Source: Desulfobacteraceae bacterium UBA5852
Lineage (GTDB): Bacteria > Desulfobacterota > Desulfobacteria > Desulfobacterales > UBA5852
Assembly (NCBI GenBank): GCA_002432195.1
Contig: DJGG01000132.1
Location: 34,407-98,406, forward strand
Direction of reading: 5' to 3'
Length of the DNA: 64,000 nt
A program made the translations under genes and the position numbers. Position 1 is the first letter of the stretch. Each line of letters begins with the position of its first letter. Shown here piece by piece: positions 15,601 through 21,624 of this stretch. The notes beneath the pieces were generated by a model, which was not told the origin of the DNA, did no database searches, and saw only the letters and a program-made list of their open reading frames with translations.

Positions 15601-17459
15601 GGGCCCAGGAAGACGTCCACCTGATCGCCGTCCTTTCCCAGAGACCGGCGGAAGTAGCCGTAGTGGTCCTGCATTTCGACTTCCCATTCGGTCCCGTCCG
15701 GCGCCTTCCCGCTGCGGGTGGAGCCGGCCGGGTTCTCGACGGTGATGTCGAACCCCAGAACGTTGATGTGCCCCTTTTTGTAGTTGCCGGCCTTCTTCTG
15801 CCCTTCGGTGGGCTCTGGCCGGTCGTTCTGCAGGCTGGTGGCGGCGTCGTTGGCCTGGATGGCAACCTCGGCCTGCTTCTCCTGCTCGGCCTGGGCGGCC
15901 AGGCGGTCCACCTCCCGGGGATCGGCGCCGGCCAGGGCATCGTCCTCGTCCAGGGCCACGTCCGCAGGGGTCCTCGGAGGCGCTGGAACGGCGAGGCGAG
16001 ACAAGGCCCCCGCGGACACGGGGGCTGCTGGCGGGGCTCCGGGGCCAGGGGGTGCCGCAGGGATCGGTGACACGGCTGGGGGTGCCGCGGCTTCCGGCAT
16101 GAAGGAGTCGGCCGCCGGGGCCTCGGAGGCCATGCGCATGGGGGCACGGCGAGTGCCGCCGTCGGGGCCGACAGGGGGCGCTGAAGGCGGTGCGCTGCCG
16201 GCGGGGCGCCCCAGGATAATGTCCTCGGGGGTGGACGCCTCCTCGCCGGGGTTCTTCAGGGAGTGCTGCACGTCGTGGCCGACGGAGACGGCAGCACCGG
16301 GCGCTCCGATGACGACGAAGGCCTTGGCGCTCTCGACGGCGGTCTCCTTCAGGCGCTCGATGATGGCCGCCCGCTGAAGCTCGGGGATGCCGGCCGCGTT
16401 CATCTCGGCGTCCATCTCAGCCGCGACGAAGGCGCCGACGATGTTGGCCGACTCCTGGGTGACCTCCTGGGCCACCTCGCCGGCCAGGAACTCCCCAAAC
16501 TTGATGGCGTTGCGGCCCGCGATGCTGCCGGCCACTTTCGAAGCGCGTGCGGCCGCAGCCTTCAGGGCTCCGCTCTGGCCCAGCTTGGCCAGGCCCCGGG
16601 CGATGGCCCGGGTGGCGACCGACTGCGCCCCGGGGAAGGCCTTGGCCAGCCACCCGATCTGCGCCACCTCGATCAGGCCGTTGACCGCGCCCACGCCGCC
16701 TGCCACCAGACGGGCGACCTTCGGGTCTATGGCGTTGCCTCGGTCGTCCCGGAGCTCCAGCAGCTCATCGTAGGCGAGGCCCGCCTCGATGCGGCCCATT
16801 TCCATGGCCGCGCTCAGCTGGAATCCCCTGGCGAAGGCCGGGGCCGGGGCCTCGGGATGCTGCAGAAGCTCCTTCGCGCCCGCTTTGGCGCCGGTCCACA
16901 TGGTGGCACCCATGGTGGGCAACATGCGGAAGGCCGAACCCAGGAAGCTTTCCACGGTGCCGACATTCTCAGCCGGCGGCCTTATCTGGGCCTTGATGTT
17001 GGCGATCCCGTTGCGGACCTCGGGAGTGTCGTCGCCGTCGTAGACCTGGCGGGAGCGCAGGCGCCCCAGGTTCACCTGGAGCATCCCCTGTTCCAGGTCG
17101 CCGGCCAGTCGCGCCGCCGGCCCCTGGGAGAGTTCCCGCATACGCCGGTTCTCGGGCAACTCGGGATCGGTGGCCAGCTCCCGGGTCTGAACCGGCCGGG
17201 CGCTGGCACCCACCCCCGCGCCGGGGCGCTGGGTGGGAAGCCGCTGTGCCATCCTGGGCGGGGGCGGCGCGGGGGGCTTCAGGCCGGATTGCGCGAGGAA
17301 ATACTCCCGCACCCGGGCCTGCTCGTCGGCTGCCAGGGCCCTGAACTCATCGTCGGCATAGTCGGTGTCGAAGTGGTGGCCAACGATGGACCGCTGTTGC
17401 TCCGCGCCCAGGCGCCGGAACTCAGGGTCCTGCAGCCAGCCCTTGACGATCTCGTCCAT
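3669..17459 (-). CDS. Giant polyvalent virion/ejection-type protein (methylase, helicase, JAB and metallopeptidase fusion), 4,596 aa
   Basis: Single uninterrupted ORF. ATG 17459 directly abuts the upstream stop. The GC3-rich frame is maintained except over 12272-12727. Module motifs are listed as separate features. Hydrophobic stretches occur near the N-terminus and about 500 aa before the C-terminus. Confidence 0.85.
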   Translation of the reverse strand: MDEIVKGWLQDPEFRRLGAEQQRSIVGHHFDTDYADDEFRALAADEQARVREYFLAQSGLKPPAPPPPRMAQRLPTQRPGAGVGASARPVQTRELATDPELPENRRMRELSQGPAARLAGDLEQGMLQVNLGRLRSRQVYDGDDTPEVRNGIANIKAQIRPPAENVGTVESFLGSAFRMLPTMGATMWTGAKAGAKELLQHPEAPAPAFARGFQLSAAMEMGRIEAGLAYDELLELRDDRGNAIDPKVARLVAGGVGAVNGLIEVAQIGWLAKAFPGAQSVATRAIARGLAKLGQSGALKAAAARASKVAGSIAGRNAIKFGEFLAGEVAQEVTQESANIVGAFVAAEMDAEMNAAGIPELQRAAIIERLKETAVESAKAFVVIGAPGAAVSVGHDVQHSLKNPGEEASTPEDIILGRPAGSAPPSAPPVGPDGGTRRAPMRMASEAPAADSFMPEAAAPPAVSPIPAAPPGPGAPPAAPVSAGALSRLAVPAPPRTPADVALDEDDALAGADPREVDRLAAQAEQEKQAEVAIQANDAATSLQNDRPEPTEGQKKAGNYKKGHINVLGFDITVENPAGSTRSGKAPDGTEWEVEMQDHYGYFRRSLGKDGDQVDVFLGPAVNTPKAFVIDQMDPNTGEFDEHKVILGAANAQQAREIYQRNYEEGWNGFGGMTEMEPAQLKAWLGDGTRKRTPLDPSVPVKAVKSAATVGGMAFTDKEAAALEAAKKADALAKANSNGETARKVAAGLGIEFNGVDPAAQYLFTDPVTGDTFAVSKLGDAHKRLAELRAKKGVPAPAPEALAVPQAPDGLESILDEIRKKGAEQRAKEEAEARTGAEPEAQSGAPTPSTDSTPEKIPKPKRQRAKQAPITVRGWIKKMGGINPVNMAAEFKEAAVAVKMLLRKNGTPYDKIETALKSEGYLLEGENLLDLLIGDHERAKEVLKRRNTDITARSGDDLTHKEKQLLSQMEYEPEDPPPGEYVQVNAEDLPEGRPLTIIAGHGPDGWDIYKIIDKDPFGVTLQDGTTVELAPFDRVDVLKSDLEGETKPKMENGPGEAPAETNAEAPAPEAPEAPEPAAAPEPGKPTLDLKQETHGQQRPKPLHDSRPIKSGHRGGKLGPDDYFSTPSSRDEAQPGLGFQNPRQPDLFAGGERKPEATPEKIPGTKAVAQRMLAGEERFIESVMEQFGKTREEAERVLARFKETKLVHIDSVTGQYQLKTGASWEQDVIDRAAAEPKKPRHLPAPAPVEIKGGLGDPAAFFGLSPKQRIRALLKLFGDVVRSRGERLNKVGLQQVVARALGVERGPLLADSRYNQKFVEEVFEGAIAAEARRVIDAARAEGFTVAETFAELQRLYEWQPNLATRTSTSTINQAYSTPVHLGYLLQELAGVTRDATVYEPAAGTGMLLTAASQHKAHANEINLLRSEILRAMGFTASQEDGATLNAGRHDPNERDADAVVANPPFGAIPTVKVDGYNVSQIDHRIMADALRAMKDDGRAAFIIGGHNLGSNGQIRHAPFFNWLHHFYNVTHNVEVDGQLYSRQGTKYDFRIIVIDGRKAEPGGAAPDSGFLSASTPDELLNLFGGLADATVASRGVEALSRGEAPAGGVGGGETADRGNLPDGPPNQGAPDDRGPGGAQGPRGGGAVPGQAGGRGDARGAAGRASDQRPVDAPGPGPDTLPPRGDDAGERPGQPAGEGAGPRSADTRADEKGNGGREPGGVPAGERGPDALGGILDQIRREGARQREKEAAEKAAADAAKAQADFDRLANNLNDLLDDPNFSRRPAEAIADDDPRWLKVREILRQMWEATAKLAATVAERASLFITQTYAKLKAAAEPYLLKFAQADIAAALEAEKQQQERKDEVPGGADAYQAPYVPRSKGPVVDETLVPRKMAQDTQAALEALEARVGDIDRYVASRLDYKSTKALWDALSADQVDAVALAIDNIERGYGMIIGDQTGVGKGRVAASLYRYARLQGLKPIFFTEKPNLFSDFYRDIRDIGQKVFKPFLMASNRDLANIVDEDGEVVIPTPGLRERAGLLKAGDDAAVARAMSPHDGILSTYSQVRQPNDAQTVLILLARDNIMILDESHNASGESATGEFVRGALAEVRGVAYLSATFAKRPDTMPVYFRTAIGTSNMQMEQLIDAISAGGTPLQEWVSAALAKMGQYIRREKSFKGIEIRSHFDTANRERDARRADEATAILREILEVDRLVADSLADAIRTIKNAKPKDLRKAKKVVIGGVEFDPIGIRPGSKRPVRASVNTANFASTVHNKIRQLLLAMKADAAVEAAIEELKAGRKPIIAVANTMESFVTDLVNQGMMRVGDRFDLNFGNILERALRRTLRVSITTPQGEEIQVDLDPAELGEKLEEAFDTALEMIRNSRLDVPGSPIDHIRRKLKEAGYSSEEITGRGYVADIENPVPTLRLRTGKERSDRKGIIHRFNSGALDVVIINSAGSTGISMHASPKFTDQRPRVYIGVQAELNVDTEVQKMGRINRKGQTALPSYRLLFLDLPTEIRPAAVLSRKLKSLSANTSANADSPVSQKELPDMLNRYGDLAAAEWVRQHGIQLPSGEWQVPGMKGIRLNPDGGIVQISGRVGVQSIAMQEQFWEWVEGAYKDTIEWMKEIGTFDLEVGEYDFKAKTLSRTTLNAGRARGPNNVFTLPTTLEQVEVVSPTKPYKIARIQEMVDEELAGKSPQEYSRGLIDRLRKELAEYLGTEIARINSEFSQEPGEDGVSPAASQIARLRGRTDEQFQKIERMLSRRFLGKPYIVSGVEGAPDMHAVLVKVRLAKAAGSPVAPGRVRLVFAVNSPMRTLSLPISKIDAANLFVLDTSEAVLRSWDSAAALHATERRHILTGNLLDAYSHVRSQARLVRFTREDGSWDMGVLAPRNFKADKVDTRVALDPEMAVRAALLGMRISSGSVEVMRDADDLLVTVPKSKSLGARFYQDQDLLALAEGGEFQSSANYMSAAFPAKNTRRVVERIIALGEVFKVSQADFKVLSSHAADTTLREPEATYLAEPKSIGMRPMVQASLDFSGKAKDGEPKAPTFKRPTPLVRMATSGDIAAAGNVIFSVDDAASLLAHIRKEAQEHMMVVVVDSQGLVLEVQRYTVGTHGSSQFNLAELTGRVLNIPGAAKAYIAHNHPGGTTGPSSHDIAMANHVRAILALRGIDFETFVIAGTNYESFSDGIVTSNSRSIRPTVRRARVPIVRRVLKSTADRGPGITGPDEMGAWIRAAGDPEGFILLDNLNRPVGVVPKAKGMPIREFAAEVVAGLEATNASGMVYSSRSEIKAGTPELDAVRSIRSMMQYTARMLDVYERGVSAASTTGLDRFDDKIAHVDIAAQRANDERPLFLLGRRPKAKRFARLNKAEAESAARKVMDGWRAAPGLVVVAQQSELPEGILAKSKGDIVDAAYWRGKVYVVAENVENPAHLATAVLHEAFGHHGLRIALPAPEIISLLDAIYRGNREAVGRIGKDYGFDTATPKGQRLAADEWFARQAQELEGYKLWLKRAAAAVARMMRRLGFSINEDDARIRQALLDARKAVIEGSGAVASGWGAAPAFSARGRVAAQAEAGPDWKGALPPEVVQREAAARGIPKAALLDNLRDWGRVLVHQAHHFPHLQTVKNRVERARLNDILRRHQEVPSIAKQQALEMISSWTRGLSQSEYELFRVSVITADLLRDLESGLYSAEDGAERPLPFGYANHQELRDTFQRLKDLAGDHPKVVRALEARQESIRDMTRRLVEAKQIKRENLGNGDYYHHQVIQYWAMDRGIQVGSKDVRTKWRPWKAARTGSQMDYNTEYVEAEFMALASQIAQLETVETLRHVKAESDIFKALVGEAKQRNLANLWAKARREGWVEHYPPGHEREGEEIDILLPWKQKIAMARAKLAKMAERGELDFDSEWDDLVDELAQDPDMDHPRWFQFLSYLIDKQKPGANWAATIFKAIRERNQFIESTLGDEFLTWQKVLAEREGYVEWKPDPGKGWFWTSTITDKVLQQIAAGFVDPNEAETRRLLARGRDTIWVIPEGLAATLDEFYPPSDKSEVGIGRFGDWAMSAWKQYILLNPYSLIKYNLNNTSGDVDVCLAYNPAILKYAGRAFKDLRQWQGRDRAKLPPAVAEELELALRLGVIGSGWAVQEVQDVFKILKTDRLIGDILLDERPNWFNPKTYGDGYWRMARGVTTLRENVLRLAAFRYFRDNNDKRLYGASRREEVDAIEDRDEKAAKLARELLGDYGNISKTGGWLRKRLIPFYAWLEINAPRYAYMMCNTRYEDREPGAVALRTAGVAGKKAAFSAAKLALRAGMLYGAVMLWNMLFFGDEEEELAAGGRDQLHLILGRNEDGTIRSIRFQGALSDALSFFGLEDFPQDVKDVMKGKSTILEKLIEAPKALTNRMFQGIRPDLKTAAEAVAGQRYFPDVWRPTPIRDTVRHILQTFKLERIYDEVTGQPRRSDGVAAHLWGDLKSLLIFESDPGEMAYFTTRKLVFDYLREQGLERPDAKPTKKGNALYFYKKALRYGDMRAAEKYLQKYYQLGGRPKQIKESIQKAHPLAGVPERLRHRFRQSLSPGDAATVARAMEWYRMAYGSNPPN
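6950..7260 (-). other. Domain of giant ORF: zincin-like HExxH metallopeptidase
   Basis: AVLHEAFGHHGL (HEAFGH encoded at 7118-7135). Resembles the metallopeptidase module recurrent in polyvalent proteins. Confidence 0.65.
7896..8235 (-). other. Domain of giant ORF: RadC/JAB (JAMM) metalloprotease-like
   Basis: AYIAHNHPGGTTGPSSHDIAMANHV matches the HNHPSG...PS..D signature of RadC-type JAB domains. Confidence 0.75.
9850..11620 (-). other. Domain of giant ORF: strawberry-notch-like P-loop helicase (two lobes)
   Basis: Walker A IIGDQTGVGKGR (about 11570-11600). DExH box ILDESHNASG (about 11190-11215). C-lobe SAGSTGISMH ... QKMGRINRKGQ (about 9958-9990). Confidence 0.8.
12272..12703 (-). CDS. 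Nested +1-frame ORF inside the giant gene, 143 aa acidic protein of unknown function
   Basis: ATG 12703 with GGAGGG 7 nt upstream (TTG 12718 is also possible). Ends at TAG 12272-12274. Protein runs MQPWLPEELKPYPAARRLLAVWVGEKPP...EEFLLESEGRML. About 9 of 10 codons end in G/C in this frame, versus under half in the host frame over the same bases. Confidence 0.45.
   Translation of the reverse strand: MQPWLPEELKPYPAARRLLAVWVGEKPPTGATYPMALRTRVRRMIEDLGVPRARAVVEQFLDRPVEGETPEELLAELQTSARWMHPGQALTHYLRGETTLENVLDNLQAREPDLEAPTPEQMKKEMEAVSLEEFLLESEGRML
12790..13360 (-). other. Domain of giant ORF: N6-adenine DNA methyltransferase
   Basis: Motif I VYEPAAGTGML (about 13246-13275) and motif IV VVANPPFG (NPPF at about 13073-13084). 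Confidence 0.85.
15395..15830 (-). other. Domain of giant ORF: conserved GNYKKGH module
   Basis: QKKAGNYKKGHINVLGFDITVENPAGSTRSG...DHYGYFRRSLGKDGDQVDVFLGP. I recall this AGNY.KGH block from large phage/plasmid polyvalent proteins. The exact family name is not recalled. Confidence 0.45.
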
Positions 17460-18710
17460 CTATTCGCCCCCGCCCGGCTGGGTGGATTGCTGCATCTGGT
17501 TGTAGACGTCCTTCCAGCTTTTCTGCTTGGGCGGGGGTGCTGTCGGCTGGTCCATGCCCGGCAGCTTGGAGAGAAACAGGCTGCGGGCCTGCTCCTGGAT
17601 GGCGGCGGCCTCCTCCACGGTCTGGCCCGGGGCCCACTTGGATTCGATGTAATCGTTGTAGGCCTTGACGGCCTCCCCGAAATTCTTCTGGGCGGTGATG
17701 GTTTCCCACGCCTTGTCGGCGGGGATCCCCTTCTTCTGGGCGTACCACTCGGCCAGCTTGACCTCGGCCGGCATGGTTTCCTTCGATTGGTTCCGGGCGC
17801 GAATGCGCTCGATGCTCTTTTCCCCGGACAGCCTCATGGCCAAAAGCTCTTTATCCTGGCCGTGTTTCCGGTCGGCCAGGGTCTTGTCGGCCGCGATCTG
17901 TTTGTCGGTGAGCTTCTCCCGGTGCTCGAACTCCGCACCCTGCTCCTGCTGGCGCTCCAGGGCCTTGCGGCGCTCGTCGATAGACTTGTCCACCCGGGCG
18001 ATGGCCTTCTCGAACTCATTGCCGGAAAACTGTGAGAGGTAGGCCTTCTTCTGCTCCAGCAGCTCGATCTGCCGGGCGGGGTCGTTCTGTAGCTCGCGCA
18101 GTTCGGCCCGGGCGGCCCGCAGCCCCTCCAGCTCGTTTGCGGCGTCCTGGGAACTCATCTGGCCGGCCACCACGGCCTTACCGATGGCAATGTGCCGCTC
18201 GTCCATCTTGCGGGCCATGGTCTCCATGGTGCGGTTCAGGCCCATGTTGGCCACGAAGAGGGCTTCGACCTCGCCGGCCCGCCGGTTGACCTCGGCATGG
18301 GTCAGGGCCTTCCGAGTCTTCTTGTTCACGAAGGCGCCATAGGTTCCGCTCTGGGGGTCCACGTCCACCTCGGCGTCGAACATGTCGCCAAACTTCCGCA
18401 GGAGTGAAGGCTCCCCCTTCTCCACCTTGCCGGTGTCCTTGTCGCCGCCGATGCCGGGCTTCCAGGTCGCCAACTCCATGGCCTCGTCGGTTCCGAAGAT
18501 GTGGGAGACGCGAACGGGGGCCTCGCGCTTGGCCAGCTCGTCGGCGGCCTCGGCCGATTGCAGCTTCAGGCCCGGAGCGGCGAGCGCGTCCTGGTCAGCC
18601 TGCCGGCGCATCTGGTAGGCCATGAGGGCGCGCTTGCCCTCTGCCTCCTGGCCTTCGCGCAGCGTGTCCCCCAGACGGTTCACCTGGCTGATGATCGGAT
18701 CGTAGGTCAT
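17460..18710 (-). CDS. Coiled-coil internal virion/ejection-type protein
   Basis: Start chosen at ATG 18710 (MTYDPIISQ) with GGGAAGGG about 9 nt upstream. The earlier part of the listed ORF overlaps the preceding gene. 416 aa, long charged helical regions. Its stop abuts the giant ORF start. Confidence 0.6.
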   Translation of the reverse strand: MTYDPIISQVNRLGDTLREGQEAEGKRALMAYQMRRQADQDALAAPGLKLQSAEAADELAKREAPVRVSHIFGTDEAMELATWKPGIGGDKDTGKVEKGEPSLLRKFGDMFDAEVDVDPQSGTYGAFVNKKTRKALTHAEVNRRAGEVEALFVANMGLNRTMETMARKMDERHIAIGKAVVAGQMSSQDAANELEGLRAARAELRELQNDPARQIELLEQKKAYLSQFSGNEFEKAIARVDKSIDERRKALERQQEQGAEFEHREKLTDKQIAADKTLADRKHGQDKELLAMRLSGEKSIERIRARNQSKETMPAEVKLAEWYAQKKGIPADKAWETITAQKNFGEAVKAYNDYIESKWAPGQTVEEAAAIQEQARSLFLSKLPGMDQPTAPPPKQKSWKDVYNQMQQSTQPGGGE

Positions 18711-18762
18711 ATGGTGTGCCCTTCCCTGGGGTTCATGTTGCCGGCCCTTGAATTCGGCCTTG

Positions 18763-19842
18763 TCAATATACTGAATGACCTCCAAATCCTTCGTTTCCAC
18801 TGGGATCGCCATAACCACCGCCAAAACCTCCACCGGAGCTGCCGCTGGCGCTTCCCGTGCTTGAGCCGCCGCCCACATCTGAACCTCCCGGGCCGAACCC
18901 GCGGCCGCCCAAGCCTCCAGCAAGGCCTGCAGCGTGGTCGCCTATGTCGACCCCTGGACTTCGATCAAACCCCATTCCGCTCAGGCCACTGACCTCCCCA
19001 ACACCGTAGTTGCCGATACCCGGCCCCATTCCCATGGACGGGTCCCCCACCTTGTCAGGCCCCTGGTTTATGCCCTTGTCTGCATTCACGGACCCGCTGA
19101 ACAGGTCGGCAACCGCTTTCCCCCACCGTCCCAGCATGCCCGTCATGCTGGTATCAAGCTCGCTGGTGTGCTTGGTGATCGCTTGCCGGGCCTTTTCGGC
19201 TTTCGGGTCAGCCATGACGGCCTCGGGATCCTGCAAGGCGTGAGCGGCCTGGGCCGGCGTGTCCAAGTCCTTGATGGTGGATTCCATAAGGGACCTCTTT
19301 TCGGCCTCGCTGTATCCGAGGGCATCCAAGTCGGCACCAATCTTGTCCTTCGTGGCCGCCACCCCGGTGGCGTGGGCCAAACTTTCCGCGGTGATTCCGG
19401 CAATTCCCATGGGACCAGGGATGGCGCCGGATACCATAGCGGCGGGCACGTCAGCCCCCAAGAGGCCCGCCGTCAATCCGGCCAAGGTTGCGGACTTCGC
19501 CCGATCCATTCCGAAGCCCCCCATCTTGCTCCGGGCCCCGCCGATCTCGCCCAGGCGGTCAGTGGCGTAGCCGCTGAAGCTGGAGGTGTCCATCTGCGGA
19601 CCTTCTGGGGCTGGGTCCGCGTTGGGATCGCCCACCGCTCCCGGGACGGCTGCCGCGGGCACAGCGGGAGCAACAGGCTGGGGGGCGGGATCTGCCTCGG
19701 CGGCCTGCACTCGTGGAGCAACCGGGGCGTCAACGCCATATGTCCGCGTCATTGGAACGGTGGAGAACCGCCCCACGTTTCCGGACATCTGCCGGGAGTA
19801 GTTCATCATGGTGGACATGGGGGTGCGTTCGGGTGCGATCAT
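18763..19842 (-). CDS. Gly/Ala-rich virion-associated protein
   Basis: 359 aa. ATGA overlap with the upstream gene. Hydrophobic G/A-rich segment LAGLTAGLLGADVPAAMVSGAIPGPMGIAGI and a C-terminal GGxG tract. Confidence 0.6.
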   Translation of the reverse strand: MIAPERTPMSTMMNYSRQMSGNVGRFSTVPMTRTYGVDAPVAPRVQAAEADPAPQPVAPAVPAAAVPGAVGDPNADPAPEGPQMDTSSFSGYATDRLGEIGGARSKMGGFGMDRAKSATLAGLTAGLLGADVPAAMVSGAIPGPMGIAGITAESLAHATGVAATKDKIGADLDALGYSEAEKRSLMESTIKDLDTPAQAAHALQDPEAVMADPKAEKARQAITKHTSELDTSMTGMLGRWGKAVADLFSGSVNADKGINQGPDKVGDPSMGMGPGIGNYGVGEVSGLSGMGFDRSPGVDIGDHAAGLAGGLGGRGFGPGGSDVGGGSSTGSASGSSGGGFGGGYGDPSGNEGFGGHSVY

Positions 19843-20540
19843 GAGAAGAGACCTCCCAGCCCGCCCACAAGAGCGGACGCGGCAGAGGCAAGGATGCTGC
19901 CACCCCCGCCCTCGCCGGAAATAAGTTTCCTCGCCCCGCCAGACGCCAACCAGCCCGTGAGGGCGCCCGTGCCAGCGCCAATGGCCGCCTTCTCCAGGGG
20001 CTTCTTGCCCAGCATCGAGGCCGCCAGACCCGCGCCGCCCCCGATCAGAATTGAGCCGGCGTTGTCCTTCAAGCCGGTAAGGAAGCTCGAACCGCCGGAC
20101 CCGGCGCCCCCGGACTCGGGCCGGAAGATCCCGCCGCCTGCCGGCTGGCCGCCGCCGTGCGGTTGGGACGGCATGCTGGATCCGCTGCGGTCAATGTCCT
20201 GGGTGTTCCGGGAGATCTCGTCGGCCAGGGCTTTGGTTTCGTTGGCGCCCTTGGTGGAGAAGTAGGTTTGCGCCGCCAGGCCCCCCAGGCTGACACCTGC
20301 TCCTATCAGCCCCCGCCGACGGGCGTCCTTGAGGGCTTCCTCCTGAAGCTCAAGCTGTTCGCGTGTGGATGCCCTTTCGAATGCGTCGGATTTCTTCTGG
20401 AGCTTTTCCATGCGGGACTGGTGCGCCCGCTCGTCGGCCGCTGCCTGCTGCTGATAGACCATCGGCGACCGGGCATTCAGGGCCGCGATGTAGTTGGGCT
20501 GAATCTTGCGGCCGATGACCATTGACATTTGACGCGACAT
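19839..20540 (-). CDS. Gly-rich membrane-active protein candidate
   Basis: 233 aa. N-terminal coiled region followed by repeated G/A/L hydrophobic stretches (GLIGAGVSLGGLAAQ, ILIGGGAGLAASMLG, ALTGWLASGG, ALVGGLGGLFS). Confidence 0.6.
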   Translation of the reverse strand: MSRQMSMVIGRKIQPNYIAALNARSPMVYQQQAAADERAHQSRMEKLQKKSDAFERASTREQLELQEEALKDARRRGLIGAGVSLGGLAAQTYFSTKGANETKALADEISRNTQDIDRSGSSMPSQPHGGGQPAGGGIFRPESGGAGSGGSSFLTGLKDNAGSILIGGGAGLAASMLGKKPLEKAAIGAGTGALTGWLASGGARKLISGEGGGGSILASAASALVGGLGGLFS

Positions 20541-20555
20541 GGTGGACCTCCCGCC

Positions 20556-20969
20556 TTACGCTCCGAAAATGGCCTTGCGGCGTTCCTCCTGGGCCCGGGC
20601 TAGCGATAGGTCAGCCTGCTTGCTCTGGTGCCCCAGGTAGGCGCTACCCACGGCCCCCAGGGCCGCAACGCCAGTGCCGATGTTCAGGGCCAGGTTGTCA
20701 TCTGCCCTCTGCTGCTTGGCCATCTTGGTCCGCCTGGTGGCGACCTCCTTGCTGAAGGCCAGGTTCTCCTTCGTCCGTCTGAAGGTCGCGTCCTGGGCCA
20801 ACTTGGCGCCAGCCAGGCGCATGAGGGCCAGCCGGCGGCGCATATCCTGGTCCGCGAAGGCCTGATCGGCGATTACGGTATCCACGGCTGCCTGCTCGTA
20901 GGGATCGGAACGGGCCAACCGCAGTACCTGCTGGTGGTAGCGGGGATCCTGGGTGAAGCTCATATCCAT
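20556..20969 (-). CDS. Hypothetical protein with C-terminal hydrophobic helix
   Basis: 137 aa with NIGTGVAALGAVGSAYLG near the C-terminus. GC3-rich frame. Confidence 0.55.
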   Translation of the reverse strand: MDMSFTQDPRYHQQVLRLARSDPYEQAAVDTVIADQAFADQDMRRRLALMRLAGAKLAQDATFRRTKENLAFSKEVATRRTKMAKQQRADDNLALNIGTGVAALGAVGSAYLGHQSKQADLSLARAQEERRKAIFGA

Positions 20970-20973
20970 TGGA

Positions 20974-21537
20974 TTACCCTCCCCTCCTCATCTCCTGGAA
21001 AAGGTTCACGTCGTCCGCGATCTCCAACTTGGGCAGCTTTGCCTCCGGGTCGTAGGCCACCAGGGCCTCGTAGTCGGTGATGGCGTTGACCTCCGCTTCC
21101 ACGGTGTCGAGGAATTGCCGGATGGCCTGCATCCCGCGGCGTAACCGGCCGGCGATAGGCCCGGCTGGGTTGTCCACGGCGGCCAGGGTAAAGCGGTTCA
21201 GGCGATCCCCCAGCTGCTGGGCGAGGGCGTTCGCCGTGTCGATCTTGATGGCCCGCAGGGTTGGAACCTCGTAGCGGGGGGAAACCGCGTGGGTGACGCG
21301 GACCTCTTCCAGCGTCTCCACTTCGGTCTGGCTCTGGCTAACGTAGTGGGCCTGATCGAAGGGAGTGGTGACGATGGGCTTGATCCCCCAACCGGCGAGA
21401 ACCGCCGGGGGCCGCTGGAAGACCTCGGGGCCGAAGACCACCCCGTCGATGGCTACCTTCTCGGGACCCGGGATGTCGGCCACATGGACCCAGCGGCCAC
21501 CGCGCTCCACGAGGACGTTTTGCTTCAGTCGGAACAT
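20974..21537 (-). CDS. Hypothetical tail-module protein
   Basis: Start chosen at ATG 21537 (MFRLKQNV) with GGGAGG 8 nt upstream. 187 aa. No motif recognised. Confidence 0.55.
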   Translation of the reverse strand: MFRLKQNVLVERGGRWVHVADIPGPEKVAIDGVVFGPEVFQRPPAVLAGWGIKPIVTTPFDQAHYVSQSQTEVETLEEVRVTHAVSPRYEVPTLRAIKIDTANALAQQLGDRLNRFTLAAVDNPAGPIAGRLRRGMQAIRQFLDTVEAEVNAITDYEALVAYDPEAKLPKLEIADDVNLFQEMRRGG

Positions 21538-21624
21538 GGCCTGTGCCTCCCTGCCGCGCCAATCCACCCGTAGTGGGCTGTTTCGTCTTTGCAAGGTAAA
21601 TTTTCAGCGCACGGAAATTCTTCA

